A stretch of DNA of 64,000 nt from Basidiobolus meristosporus CBS 931.73. Lineage: Eukaryota; Fungi; Basidiobolomycota. This document shows, one piece after another, positions 23,977-34,995 of this stretch (positions are counted from its first letter, which is position 1; every line of letters begins with the position of its first letter). A program made the translations under genes and the position numbers. The notes under the pieces were generated by a model. That model saw only the letters and a program-made list of their open reading frames with translations, had not been told where the DNA came from and made no database searches. The stretch lies in NCBI GenBank assembly GCA_002104905.1, contig MCFE01000184.1, forward strand, positions 62,001-126,000, written 5' to 3'.

Positions 23977-26900
23977 ATGTTAACAGCGTTTGCAAGGAAT
24001 AGGCTTAGGCTTGCAGATGTTCGGCAGTATCCTGTACCAAGTCGCCTATCTGCCTTAACCTTCAGCCGCAAACTCTCAAGCGATGACACTGTGTCAGAGA
24101 TAGTAGAACCTCTCAATTCTGCCTTGGCACAGCAGGACCCAAATGCAGCTTGGCGAGCATTCACGAAAATCAAAAACAGCAAACTCGAGAGGGCCATTTC
24201 CTCTTATCAGTTTTCAGAGCTCGTACGGCTCTATTCCTCGACCAAATTGGATGGCGTAAAGAACAGAAACAGAGGCAACGAAATTATCAAGTACATGAGT
24301 TATATCGGTATCCAGCCCGAGAATCACAAACAATACGGTACACTGATATCTTTCTATGGTAACCACAGTCAGCCAAAGGAGGCCCGGGAGATCTTTCGAA
24401 GCATGGTCGAAGTTGGCTTGAAGCCCGATGCCTATGTATACACCGAGTTACTGTACGCTATAGGGAGAAAGGATTTGCCGGCAGCTTACAAGCTCTACGA
24501 AGCCATGAAGAGCAATCGCATTCACCCAAGCCTGTACACCTTCAACATCTTATTTAAGATATGTCGCCAACATCGTGATATGAAATTTTTAGCTACCTTT
24601 CATGAAGAGCTTCAAAAGGCCACATATATCACCCCGGACATTGTAACCTACTCAACATTAATAGACGCTTACGTAGCGGATGCGAATATGCCCCGCGCCA
24701 TGAAAGTGTTCGACGCATTGTCAGCACGCGATATCACTCCGAATGTTGTTACATTCAATACTCTAATACGCGGCTACACCAAGAAACGCGAAATGCACAA
24801 GGCGTTAAAGCTATATAACAAGATGATGAAGAGTGGAACGTCACCATCCATAGTAACCTATACAACGTTGATTGATGGATATCTCCATCTAAACGATGTC
24901 AAGCAAGCTATGCGTCTATACGGTGAGTTGAAAAAATCGACCCTACGGCCGGACTGCGTTCTGTTCAACACGCTTTTAAGCGGACTTGGCAGGAATTTCG
25001 AAGCTGTATACGTGAGGCAGCTCCTTAGCGATATGTCAACTTTTGAGGTCGAGCCCACCCTTGCGACATACAACATCTTGATTAATCTTTTTTTCAAGAA
25101 CAACCGATCCAGAGAAGCTATGGGGATATATAGGCAGATGAAAGCTAGGAACGTGACGCCAAACGTCCAAATATACAACACGTTGATTCACCGCAACGCA
25201 AAGGATGGTGACTTGAAGTCAGCAATGAACCTCTTCCGCGAAATGCAAATGGCCAAGATCCGACCCGATCAGAAAATATTCAATACGTTACTTCATGCCC
25301 ATGCCAGCCAAGGCAAAGTCGACGAGATACCCCGCATTCTAGACGAAATGCACGCTCAAAGGATTTCTCCCAACATTGTAACGTACAATATCATGATCAA
25401 CGCCTACCTGAAAGGCTCGAAGCTCACCGAAGCCACACGGCTGTACAACGAGATGGCAGAGAAGTCCATCTACCCAGACGTGGTTACCTTCAACTCTCTG
25501 ATCAACGCTAGCTTCAAGCAAGGGAATCTACAGAATGTCGAGAACCTCTACAGTAGTATGATCGCCAACCGCATTTCCCCCGATGTAGCCACCTTCACCA
25601 CACTCATCCACGGCTATTCGCAGGCCGCAAATGGCCAGAAAGCCCTAGAGATGTATACGCAAATGAAGAAGCTTGATATCCAGCCGAATCTCAAGACCTT
25701 TTCAGTTCTGATGAATGAGTATGCTCGCAGAGCAGACCCTCTCGGGGCCAGGGGTGTATTCGATGAGATGCTGGAAAGAGGAATCAATCCCGACGTCAGT
25801 GCCTTCAACGTCCTCATAAACACCTATGTTCAGGCCTCCAACTTGTTCCAAGCGAGAAAAATTTACGAGAAGATGCTAGAGGATCGAGTTAATCCGGACA
25901 AGATTACCTATTCCATTCTTATCAAGGCTCATACCCAAAATGGGGACATCGAGCAGGCGAGAGGGTTGCTCAACCGCATGCTGCAAAGGAACGTCCAACC
26001 AGATGCCATTGTCTTCACCTCATTGATCGATGCATACACCAGTCAGCCGGACATCTCCAGTGCAACCGCCCTTTACCAAGATATGCTTACGAGAGGAATA
26101 GAGCCGACGATTCGTACATATACCGTCTTAATAGACGCCTATGCGAAACAACGGGAGCTGGGGAAAGCCATGTCTCTTTACCAGCAGGTCAAATCAAGAA
26201 AGATGAGTCTGGACGTAACCCTCCTCAACGTTCTACTTGATGCCCACATCAAGAATGGGTTGCTGGGCGAAGCCATGGGGCTGCTTGAGGAATGGAAGGC
26301 TCGGGGCATCTCACCTGACTTAGTCACCTATACAACACTAGTCAACGGCCACACAAAGCACTCGGCGATGGATGTAGCCATGAGACTGTTCAACGACATG
26401 ATCCAGTCCAAGATTTCCCCAGACATCACCGTCTTCAATGTCCTCATCCACGGGTTTGTGGCCAACAGCATGCATTCTCAGGCCTTGTCTTTGTACCGGG
26501 AGATGATTTCGAAATACAAGGTGGACCCCAACGAGTACATTTACAACACACTCATCAGCGCTTACGCCAAGAATTCAGAGATGGAGCACGCGGTGGGCGT
26601 TCTCAACGAAATGATCTCGAAGAGCCTCTGGCCAAGCCCCGTCACATACAACGCCATTATCCACGGATATGCCACTGGCGGTGAGGCTGAGAAGGCGCTT
26701 GACACCTACCAGAAGATGAAAACCAGCGGAATTACACCAACGCTGGTAACGTACAACACCTTGATTAATTGCTTCATCGAGAATGCTGGCTTTCAGAAAC
26801 CTCGGACTATTGAGGCTGGCCTGAAGAACCGCAGCATCGCCCAGGCGCTTGATCTGTATAAAGAGATGCATACAAAGAAGATTCTCTCCGATCAGTACAC

Positions 26901-27345
26901 ATACAGCACAATCATGAAGGCTTATAGCTATAGCGGCGAGGGGGCGACGGTACTCGACCTATGGGGCCAAGCAAAGAGTCGGAGTTTCCCCAAGGACAGT
27001 ATGGAGGCAGTGATCTCTGTTTTGCTGGATAATTGTGGCTTCAACACCGACCTGTCCACTCTGCATCGCGTATGGGCAGAGCTCAAACGCGACAACTATG
27101 TGCTAACCGAGAATAACTACAATTCATACATCGAGGCCCTATGTCGACTTGGCTCCTTCGAAGAAGGGACCAAGGTATTCACCACAGAGATGAAAGATGC
27201 CGGGATCACGGCTACTCTGAAGACCTGTCGCACCATTTTCACGCCATTGAAGGCCGCCAACAAAGCTCGGTTGGTCCAGGAAGCGTATGACTTCGTTCGA
27301 AGCCAATACCCACAACTTTATTCGGAGCATTATGAACCGATTTAG
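23977..27345 (+). CDS. Intronless pentatricopeptide-repeat protein, 1122 aa, ~25-28 P-type PPR motifs, probably mitochondrial
   Basis: Tandem 35-aa repeats of the form PDxVT[YF]NTLI...A..LY.EM...G; first ATG at 23977 gives an Arg/Leu/Ser-rich presequence-like N-terminus (MLTAFARNRLRL…). Confidence 0.95.
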   Translation: MLTAFARNRLRLADVRQYPVPSRLSALTFSRKLSSDDTVSEIVEPLNSALAQQDPNAAWRAFTKIKNSKLERAISSYQFSELVRLYSSTKLDGVKNRNRGNEIIKYMSYIGIQPENHKQYGTLISFYGNHSQPKEAREIFRSMVEVGLKPDAYVYTELLYAIGRKDLPAAYKLYEAMKSNRIHPSLYTFNILFKICRQHRDMKFLATFHEELQKATYITPDIVTYSTLIDAYVADANMPRAMKVFDALSARDITPNVVTFNTLIRGYTKKREMHKALKLYNKMMKSGTSPSIVTYTTLIDGYLHLNDVKQAMRLYGELKKSTLRPDCVLFNTLLSGLGRNFEAVYVRQLLSDMSTFEVEPTLATYNILINLFFKNNRSREAMGIYRQMKARNVTPNVQIYNTLIHRNAKDGDLKSAMNLFREMQMAKIRPDQKIFNTLLHAHASQGKVDEIPRILDEMHAQRISPNIVTYNIMINAYLKGSKLTEATRLYNEMAEKSIYPDVVTFNSLINASFKQGNLQNVENLYSSMIANRISPDVATFTTLIHGYSQAANGQKALEMYTQMKKLDIQPNLKTFSVLMNEYARRADPLGARGVFDEMLERGINPDVSAFNVLINTYVQASNLFQARKIYEKMLEDRVNPDKITYSILIKAHTQNGDIEQARGLLNRMLQRNVQPDAIVFTSLIDAYTSQPDISSATALYQDMLTRGIEPTIRTYTVLIDAYAKQRELGKAMSLYQQVKSRKMSLDVTLLNVLLDAHIKNGLLGEAMGLLEEWKARGISPDLVTYTTLVNGHTKHSAMDVAMRLFNDMIQSKISPDITVFNVLIHGFVANSMHSQALSLYREMISKYKVDPNEYIYNTLISAYAKNSEMEHAVGVLNEMISKSLWPSPVTYNAIIHGYATGGEAEKALDTYQKMKTSGITPTLVTYNTLINCFIENAGFQKPRTIEAGLKNRSIAQALDLYKEMHTKKILSDQYTYSTIMKAYSYSGEGATVLDLWGQAKSRSFPKDSMEAVISVLLDNCGFNTDLSTLHRVWAELKRDNYVLTENNYNSYIEALCRLGSFEEGTKVFTTEMKDAGITATLKTCRTIFTPLKAANKARLVQEAYDFVRSQYPQLYSEHYEPI

Positions 27346-27664
27346 TGCGGCCAATGTAAATACGAATGTTGTACCCTATTGGTGATGTTGGTATCTAGAT
27401 CCTGACCCACGCTGGGTGCCAAGATTTAGATATTCTCAATCCGAATAGATATGTTATCAATCACGTTATGAAGCAAAATAATGATTAGTTACACCAAAAC
27501 CGATAGTTCCAAATAGGGAATAAACCATCACATCCGTCAAGATAGCCTTGTGGTTCAAGCGGTCTTGCCTCTCAAAAAGAACTCTAAAAGAAAAAATTCG
27601 TCGGATAATAAATGTGTGGTGGCAGCGCGACAGCTCTATCAAGAGAGCTCTCTGATTTAGCACA

Positions 27665-29086
27665 ATGGAGACTGGTCCTCAACCCGATGAACCACTAGCC
27701 TGGTCTAATGTTGGTATTGCTGCAACCTTACTAACGATCAACGGTAGCGTTTCTCGTCGACCTCAGTTTATTTCTCTGTTCTAAAGCGCTTCCTGACCAC
27801 AGGCTTCATCTCACTTTACATGGGATTAAACCTGGAATGGTCGCTTCTCATCAGTGGGACCCGAGCCTTGGTGCAGTTGACTCTGATGGGAATGATTCTT
27901 GAAGATGTGTTCAAGACCCAAAATCCGTTCTTTATATTCGGAATGGCCTGTAAGCGATATTGTTTGAGTGTTTATTTGAGATAGGCTACTCAACAGGTTT
28001 GCTCCCTTATAGGCGTTCTTGTGTTACTGGGCGCCTACGAGACCACCTTTAATAAGAGTAAAAGAAGGCATACGGGGATGGTAGGTGGAAAATATTGACG
28101 ATCAAGTAAATATGTCCGCTAATGGGTGAGATGTCAGTTCGTCTCAGTTCTGATATCGATGTTTTCTAGCACGCTTTTCATTGGCCTAATTGGTGATCCA
28201 TGGACGTTGTATACTCCCTCGAGAGCTGCCAATTAACCTGCATCGTACATATAGGTAATGCCTTCGCCATGAATGTTACTCCCGTGTGGACTGCTCATAA
28301 ATTCATCCCAACGCTCGGGATGCTCCTGGGTAACTGCATGACGGGGATGGCACTTGGAATCAGTTCCTGCCTCACTCAATTCTGGTACGTTTCGGCCCGG
28401 TGTATTAGCTTGGAGATTGGCTAATGCTTATGTGAAGTGACAACAAGGAGCGGATAGAGATGGCGCTGGCGTTTGGTGCCACCAGATGGGAGGCTGGGCG
28501 CCCAGTCGCCGTGGAGGCTATCAGGGTAGCCATGTTGCCATCCATCAACTCGATGAGGTGAGTGCTCGGCAGTTGAGTTTGAACTTTTTTTGACCATCTT
28601 CAATAACCACAAACTGGGTTGACAGCGTCATGGGGCTCATCTCTATTCCAGGTTAGTCGTCATACGCAACATAGAATTCGACGTCGAGACTGAGCATGGA
28701 AGTTTAGGCATGATGACGGGCCAGATCCTTGGTGGCGCGCCGGTCATGGATGCGGTCAAATACCAACAAATAATCGTGTTCATGATCAGTGCCTCGACCT
28801 CACTCGGGACATTAGGAGCAGTACTCGTAAGCAATCATGCTTGGGATTTCTTATTGGGGCAGTACTAACCATTCTGAAGACTTGTGTGTCGCTATGCCTG
28901 GACTCTAATCACCGGTTGAGACTGGACCGTATTTATAGTGCTAGCAAGACATCCACGTGGAGCTCGTTCAAGAATCTCTTTGTTGTGGGCAAGCCGACAC
29001 CCTCCGACCCTGAAACCAAGAGTCTATTAGCCAAGGTTCGGTGCTATGGTAGTGACAACAGCCCTGCCGCCTCCATCGCCATTTAA
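27665..29086 (+). CDS. UPF0014 / YbbM(FetB)-STAR2/ALS3-like membrane protein (multi-exon)
   Basis: Spliced reading gives RALVQLTLMGMIL, FIPTLGMLLGNCM, EMALAFGATRWEA, AMLPSINSM, VMGLISIPGMMTGQILGGA..MDAVKYQQII. Confidence 0.88.
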
Positions 29087-29162
29087 GCAGGCTTATTCAT
29101 CAAAACATAGAGGTACACCACCATTTAAGCAGGTTTACTCATCAAAACATAGAGGTACACCA
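29079..29162. repeat. 42-bp tandem duplication spanning the UPF0014 stop codon
   Basis: CCATTTAAGCAGG(C/T)TTA(T/C)TCATCAAAACATAGAGGTACACCA twice, 2 mismatches. Confidence 0.92.
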
Positions 29163-29356
29163 GCATTCTCGCAGCACAGGCTTGATTAATAGACGCAAAT
29201 AAAATGATTAAGGTGCAGAGAACAAGCTAAAATTCATGCATCCGAAGGCATTACTCTAATGCATTACTGGTTACTTCCGCAATATAACCGTTTTGGTTGG
29301 TTGCTTGTTCGGAGGTACACTCCTGAGATTATACCTGATTCGGTTCTCCTAAAGAA

Positions 29357-29413
29357 GTTGAGTAAATCGAAGGGGGATCTCCTGTTGTTAACCATGTTGA
29401 GTAAATCGAAGGG
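29357..29413. repeat. 18-bp direct repeat GTTGAGTAAATCGAAGGG x2
   Basis: Copies at 29357-29374 and 29396-29413. Confidence 0.9.
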
Positions 29414-29673
29414 AATAGTTGTTTAAGGTTTCCAATCCACACCAATCCAACCTAATCCACTCCTTGTTCTCCTCGTTCTCCTTCTAATCAGACCATATTG
29501 GCGCATGTATTGTATTTTAGTTCATCTTAACTTGACTAATCCGGTTCAATAAGAGTTAATACTTCACTGCTCATTGAATCTACGCTGATTTAATACATCG
29601 CGGCTTATTGAATCCATGCTGATTCGATACCGCTCCCACCGCTTGAATGTATGCTGGCCCGGCTTCAATTGAT

Positions 29674-29756
29674 TATTACTCCTACACAACAGAGCTTCTA
29701 ATGAATATTACTCCTACACAACAGAGCTTCTAATGAATATTACTCCTACACAACAG
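29674..29756. repeat. Perfect 32-bp minisatellite x2.6 upstream of the cyclin gene
   Basis: TATTACTCCTACACAACAGAGCTTCTAATGAA starting at 29674, 29706 and 29738 (partial). Confidence 0.95.
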
Positions 29757-30083
29757 CTGGGATGGCGCTGCTTAATGATTTACAGAACCTAGATAAGGAA
29801 TGTACCAACAAAAGCCTATCCCCTGCTTGGCGAGACAGTAATCAGTCAGATCTCATTCCAGGTCTCATCCCGCGACCTTCATTCCCAGTTGACTAGGCGG
29901 AGATTTTATGCGAGCAACAATCAATGTGTAGCATATGATTTAACCTCCTATCTTCGGCATGTTATAAAAGCCGTTGAACGATCACCCCAACCCAATCCAA
30001 CCTCTGACTGTCATGCTGTATTTTCTCTAGGAAAACACCCAACCACACCCAACCCCATTGAAGAACCTCTCCCCCACGCTATC

Positions 30084-30800
30084 ATGCTCTATTATCCCCA
30101 TGCGCCAATCAACCATCTTTCTATCCAGTTTAGTGAACACGCCAAGAAGGCGGTGACCATATTCTCCATATTCACCGCACGAGTGATCAATGGGCTCTGG
30201 CACGGCGACCGGAATCCCAACGATGCGGTCTCCGAACAGGGCATCGACTCTCCCACTCAACAGAACCGCTGCTTCGAGGTGTTCTGCTCCAGGGTGCTAG
30301 CCTGGAGCAAGGCTTCCAAGTTGACGGTGTATTTGTGTCTCAAGTATATTCATCGGCTGAAAATCTATCGGCCCGAGATCCAAGGGGCACTCGGCTCAGA
30401 GTACCGAATGTTTGTCGTCGCCCTCCTGGTGGCACAAAAAATGCTAGAGGACAAGTCATTCAACAACAAAACCTGGGCCGTGATCACCGGCCTCCAGGCA
30501 CGAGAAATCAGTATCATGGAGAGGGAGTTCTTCCAGTGCTTGAAGTGGGACATCCATGTGTGTCATGTGGAGTTCGAGAGCTGGCGGGCGAGCCTGGAGC
30601 GCCAGTACGACTATTTCCACACATTCATGTCGCAACTCGAAGCTCACAACAGCATCCCTCTGACGCCACCATCGTTCTCGCCCCCCTATCCCAAGCATCG
30701 GGGTCACTCCTCGTCGTTCCCCCATCCTCATCCTCATCCTCACTCCCATCCATATCAATACGCAGCCTCAAAGCGACGCCGGTTTTCATCTATTTACTGA
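30084..30800 (+). CDS. Pho80/Pcl (Clg1-like) family cyclin; start codon uncertain (ORF open from 29889)
   Basis: LCLKYIHRLK…GSEYRMFVVALLVAQKMLEDKSFNNKTWAVITGLQAREISIMEREFFQCLKW cyclin box; His/Pro-rich tail. Confidence 0.85.
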   Translation: MLYYPHAPINHLSIQFSEHAKKAVTIFSIFTARVINGLWHGDRNPNDAVSEQGIDSPTQQNRCFEVFCSRVLAWSKASKLTVYLCLKYIHRLKIYRPEIQGALGSEYRMFVVALLVAQKMLEDKSFNNKTWAVITGLQAREISIMEREFFQCLKWDIHVCHVEFESWRASLERQYDYFHTFMSQLEAHNSIPLTPPSFSPPYPKHRGHSSSFPHPHPHPHSHPYQYAASKRRRFSSIY

Positions 30801-31475
30801 ATGCCTGTAGAAGTCACCCATTACTCTCATCTGTACTATCAATCCTTCTCGCTGATCCCCTCTTTCCTGGTAGAATCGGATCCTCCTGTATTTTTAATTT
30901 TAGCTTCCCCATTCGCCTCCAACGAATGAAATGTTCTGGCTTGGCCGTTCGTCCCAAACACTTCTTGCTTCGAGTCGCCTGTACTATATATGCACGTCTC
31001 AATATTTCTTGACTGTCTCATGGGTCTGCATTACCGATTCTGTCTTAGTTCTACCAATAGAGATGAAGAGACCCTCAGGGAAATAAATTCATGCATTGCT
31101 GCGAATCCCGCCAACCTGACAACCAGATGGCATTCTCTGAACATGTCTAAGCCACCACCGAGCTTTACGTAATGGCCATTTAGGCTGGTGTTCGATCGGG
31201 AAGCTAAGCCACATCACATCAATCACTTGATGTTTACCCAAGAGACATGGGAACCCAGTAATTTTGGTCGCTTGATTAGATGTCCACTCAACACTCACCC
31301 CTTTTGCTCTGACGACGCATCGCGAGCCCACTTCGTCATCCACGAACCCACTATAAATAACCTGAGCCAGCGATTTCCCCACCAGCGGCTACTCTTTCCA
31401 CCTACATCGAACGATTTCCCAGTGATTTGACTTTGAACACTCTGCTCCCCGAGATAACAAGTAGCTGAAGAAGAC

Positions 31476-33341
31476 ATGCGCATCTCCACCCTGTGTGTGC
31501 AATTATTCCTCCTCTCCGCCGTCATCGCCACCCCGAATGTTGGCAAAGAGAGGACCATCTTGCAGGTTTTGGATGACGACTACAGATTTGCCCGGTTGAT
31601 GGACGCATTGAATAAGGAGCGCTCCTTGACCGAAGAATTGATCGATCGGCCCAAGGGCGAGGTAAGCGGTTTTTTGTTTGTCTCTGGTGTTCCTCTCACT
31701 GAGCCGGCTCCCTCTCCAGATGACCGTCTTCGCCCCGACCAACGAGGCTTTTCGAAAGCTTCGTGATCGCTTTAGAGGCCGCTATCCCAAGGACCTTCTA
31801 AAAGAGGTAACTATTTCCCAAATGTCTTACTCTCACTCCCCCCCGTCTAACTTCGAGTGCAACAGATGATCCAATATCATGTGATCTACAAGGTAACCCC
31901 TTCGGAGACATTGAGCGACGTTAAGCTGTTCCAGACGTCTCTGCAGCTCAAAGAGCTGGACGATCGGATGCAGAGTGTTCGGATCACCAAGCACAACGGA
32001 AAGCCGCTGCTTAATGGCCACGCTAGATTGCAAGAGACCGATCTGGGCGCGATCAATGGACTGATCCACGCCATCGACGAAGTATTGATCCCTCCACCGG
32101 AGATCAACAAAGTCCTCCTTAGAACCCCATCGCTGTTCTCCACCATGAGCGCGGCCCTTCAGAGAACCGGGCTGGACAAGAAGGTCCAGGAGTCCTCCGC
32201 ACTTACCGCGTTCATTCCCACAAACCAGGCATTCAGGAACCTCGGATGTCGCGCCCTGAACCATCTGTTCTCCAAGGACGGGGAGAAGGATCTCCGGAAA
32301 TTAGTCGAGTATCACTTCTCCAACAAATTCTCCTACTCTCTGGATATGCTCAATGAGGTCACCGGTGGAGGTGGCGAAAAGCGTGGTCGCAGAAGAGACG
32401 ACAACAGGCGTCGTAGAGACGATGACTGGGCGAAGGAGAACGGAATGGTAACCTTCAAGTTGGATCACCCTCAAGACGTGGCTGACAGTATTGAGGATGA
32501 ATGCTACGATGAACGGGACTTGTACACTCGACCTCGCCGCGGCAGACGTGGTGGCTGGGACGATGACGATTACGACCAGCCTCGCCGTGGAGGCGACCGT
32601 CGCGGCAGGGGTGGTTGGGATGATGATGACGACTATTATGACCAACCTCGCCGTGGAGGCGACCGTCGCGACAGGGGTGGCTGGGATGATGACGACGACT
32701 ATTATGACCAACCTCGTCGTGGAGACCATGGTCGTGGACGAGGCGGTTGGGATGACGATGACTATGACCAACCTCGTCGTGGTGGCCACCGTCATGGTAG
32801 AGGCGATTGGGACGATGATGATGACTATGATCAGCCACGTCGCGGTGGCCATCGGCATGGAAGAGGGGGCTGGGATGATGACGATGACTACGATCAACCT
32901 CGTCGTGGTGGTCATCGCCATGGCAGAGGTGGTCGGGACGATGATGACGATTATGACCAACCTCGCCGCGGAGGCAATCGTCGTGGAAGAGGTGGCTGGG
33001 ACGATGACGATGACTATGATCAACCACGTCGTGGCGGCCATCGTCGTGGTAGAAACGACGATCATGGACGTCGCGGCCGTCATGATAACCCTCATGGACG
33101 TGAAGACACTGAAAAGATCCGATTCCCATCCATGTTTGGTGGGGAGAAGTTGGATGTCTACCTAAACTCAAACTCACTCCGAGGTAACCACTTCGACATC
33201 GTGGTCAACAACGAAGCGCGTGTTATCTTCGCCGACTACGTCGCTAAGAACGGGGTCATCCATGGGCTGGATAACATACTGATTCCCGAAGGGCTAGACA
33301 TCCCTGATGATTGGTTCGACGATGAACCCTGTGAATTCTAA
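31476..33341 (+). CDS. Secreted fasciclin (two FAS1 domains), ~582 aa, join(31476..31661,31720..31806,31866..33341)
   Basis: Signal peptide MRISTLCVQLFLLSAVIA; FAS1 H1 motifs TVFAPTNEAF and TAFIPTNQAF; H2 motifs INGLIHAIDEVLIPP and KNGVIHGLDNILIP; two in-frame GT-AG introns. Confidence 0.92.
32530..33100 (+). repeat. Coding tandem repeat: eight ~21-aa units WDDDD(D)Y(Y)DQPRRGG[HDN]R[HR]GRGG inside the second FAS1 domain
   Basis: Eight DQPRRG units counted in the 31857..33341 translation; the codons vary synonymously between units. Confidence 0.95.
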
Positions 33342-33628
33342 AAGGAGAACCTTCGTGATTGGGATGTAAATAACATGGTAATCCACCACTTTCTCTTCGC
33401 TCAGAACGCTATCAAACTACCGCGCAATTCCTTATGATTCCCACTTGCGCCCCTTCCAGAACACCTGTTTAAATAAACAAACGCGTTTCGCTTTATTATT
33501 CTCCAATCTACCTCAGGGAAACGTCTGGAATGGAAAGATTACACAGATAGCGATTTTAACGATAGTCATGTACTATAGAAGAGCGGTAAGATATGTAGCA
33601 GTGGGAAGAAGTGAACCCGCCGAACCCC

Positions 33629-34657
33629 TTAGCTGTCCATCACATCAGCAATCCAATTAACAATTTCCTCTGTCTGCTTCTTCTCCACCGAGCACTCGGC
33701 AAAGGTGACCAGGTTGGTGAGATGTTCAAATTTGAATTTCTGGTCCTCGAACCCTAGGAATTCGGTAACATTGCCACCATCCCCAGAGTCATGTGTCTCA
33801 AGAGCAGCACCACGTGTGACACGAATGCGATCACTTTGAACATGAGGTTAGTATTGGCCTTGAGGGAGGGGAGGGAGAGGGGATGGGCACAGCTAGTGTA
33901 AACAACATACATTTCCGACTCGAGGATCTCTTGGATTTTTTCCTTTCGGAAGGCCGTCAACAACTCGGACTTGTTGCAAGCTACCAGGACAGAGATTTCG
34001 GAGCGAAGGGTATGATTGTTCGATAGTACGTCATACAAATAACTGCCCAAAGGAGAGATCAGTATTTTCGTTTGGAGAAATATAGAATATATCCTACGTA
34101 CTCCGCAATGGAATGTTTAAACTTATTGATGGTCGTGCTATCCACCACAAACACCACCCCGCGGGTGATGGGCATGTAGTCGGCAAACTTGAAGCGTAGC
34201 TTCTCGTGGCCGGGAACATCGACGATGTGGATCGGGGCCTTAGTCAGTGGAGTCTCCTGATAAGGGGAATACTCGTAGTTCAGAACAGGTAGAAGAAAGT
34301 GGTCGGAGGAGGGGGAAAGGCAATTTTACCGAGGGATCTTTCAACTCCACATAGCCGTCATTCTCGGTCATAGAAGTACAAGTGGTCGGCACTTTGCCAA
34401 AACGAAGCTATAATGGGAAACGCGGCGTACGACGGTTAGCCAACCAACCCTCCAGAGGCCGTCCACACGACCAGTAATACGTCACTTACATCACAGTACA
34501 ACGAGGTTTTTCCCGAATCTGCCAAGCCTAGGAGCAGGAAAGCATCGTTCTTCTTGGCATTCTTCAGTAGTTTGCTGTGTCCCCCAGTCGACAAGAACCC
34601 AACGATAACGATGGCCAAGATGGCCACCACAACGAGTGCTACGGTACCAAGCTCCAT
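33629..34657 (-). CDS. SRP102: Signal recognition particle receptor beta subunit (multi-exon GTPase)
   Basis: N-terminal TM helix, P-loop LLLGLADSGKT, IVDVPGHEKLR, LVACNKSEL G4 motif, C-terminal VTFAECSV. Confidence 0.88.
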
Positions 34658-34995
34658 GCTAAAAGCGAAAACTCGATCGTACGTGCGGGTGCACTAGCGA
34701 TGATAAAAGCAGCTTGGGATTCATCCCAGCAATTCTATTGGGTAGATTGGAAAGATTTTCAAGTGAGTGAATGCGTATCAACTGCATGTGCTTTCGATGC
34801 TCAATTTATTATAAGGAAAATCACAGTAATATTCACAAATGAGGGAATGTCTTCAGTAGGTGAGATGCAAGCAAGAGTAGTGATCAAGCATACGTATAGA
34901 AAGAGAAGACCTTTGGAAGGGTAGCTCGACCATTATAGTTTTGTATAAAGCTTCAAAATAATAAGTCTAAATAGAATATTTGTTTACATATCAAT

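Noticed and set aside
29674-29756. 32-bp repeats as a mini CRISPR array
   Set aside because: The repeats are contiguous with no spacers, there are no cas genes, and the DNA is eukaryotic
32301-33177. Long ORFs in three alternative frames over the fasciclin repeat
   Set aside because: Shadow ORFs produced by the low-complexity repeat; only the FAS1 frame has domain context
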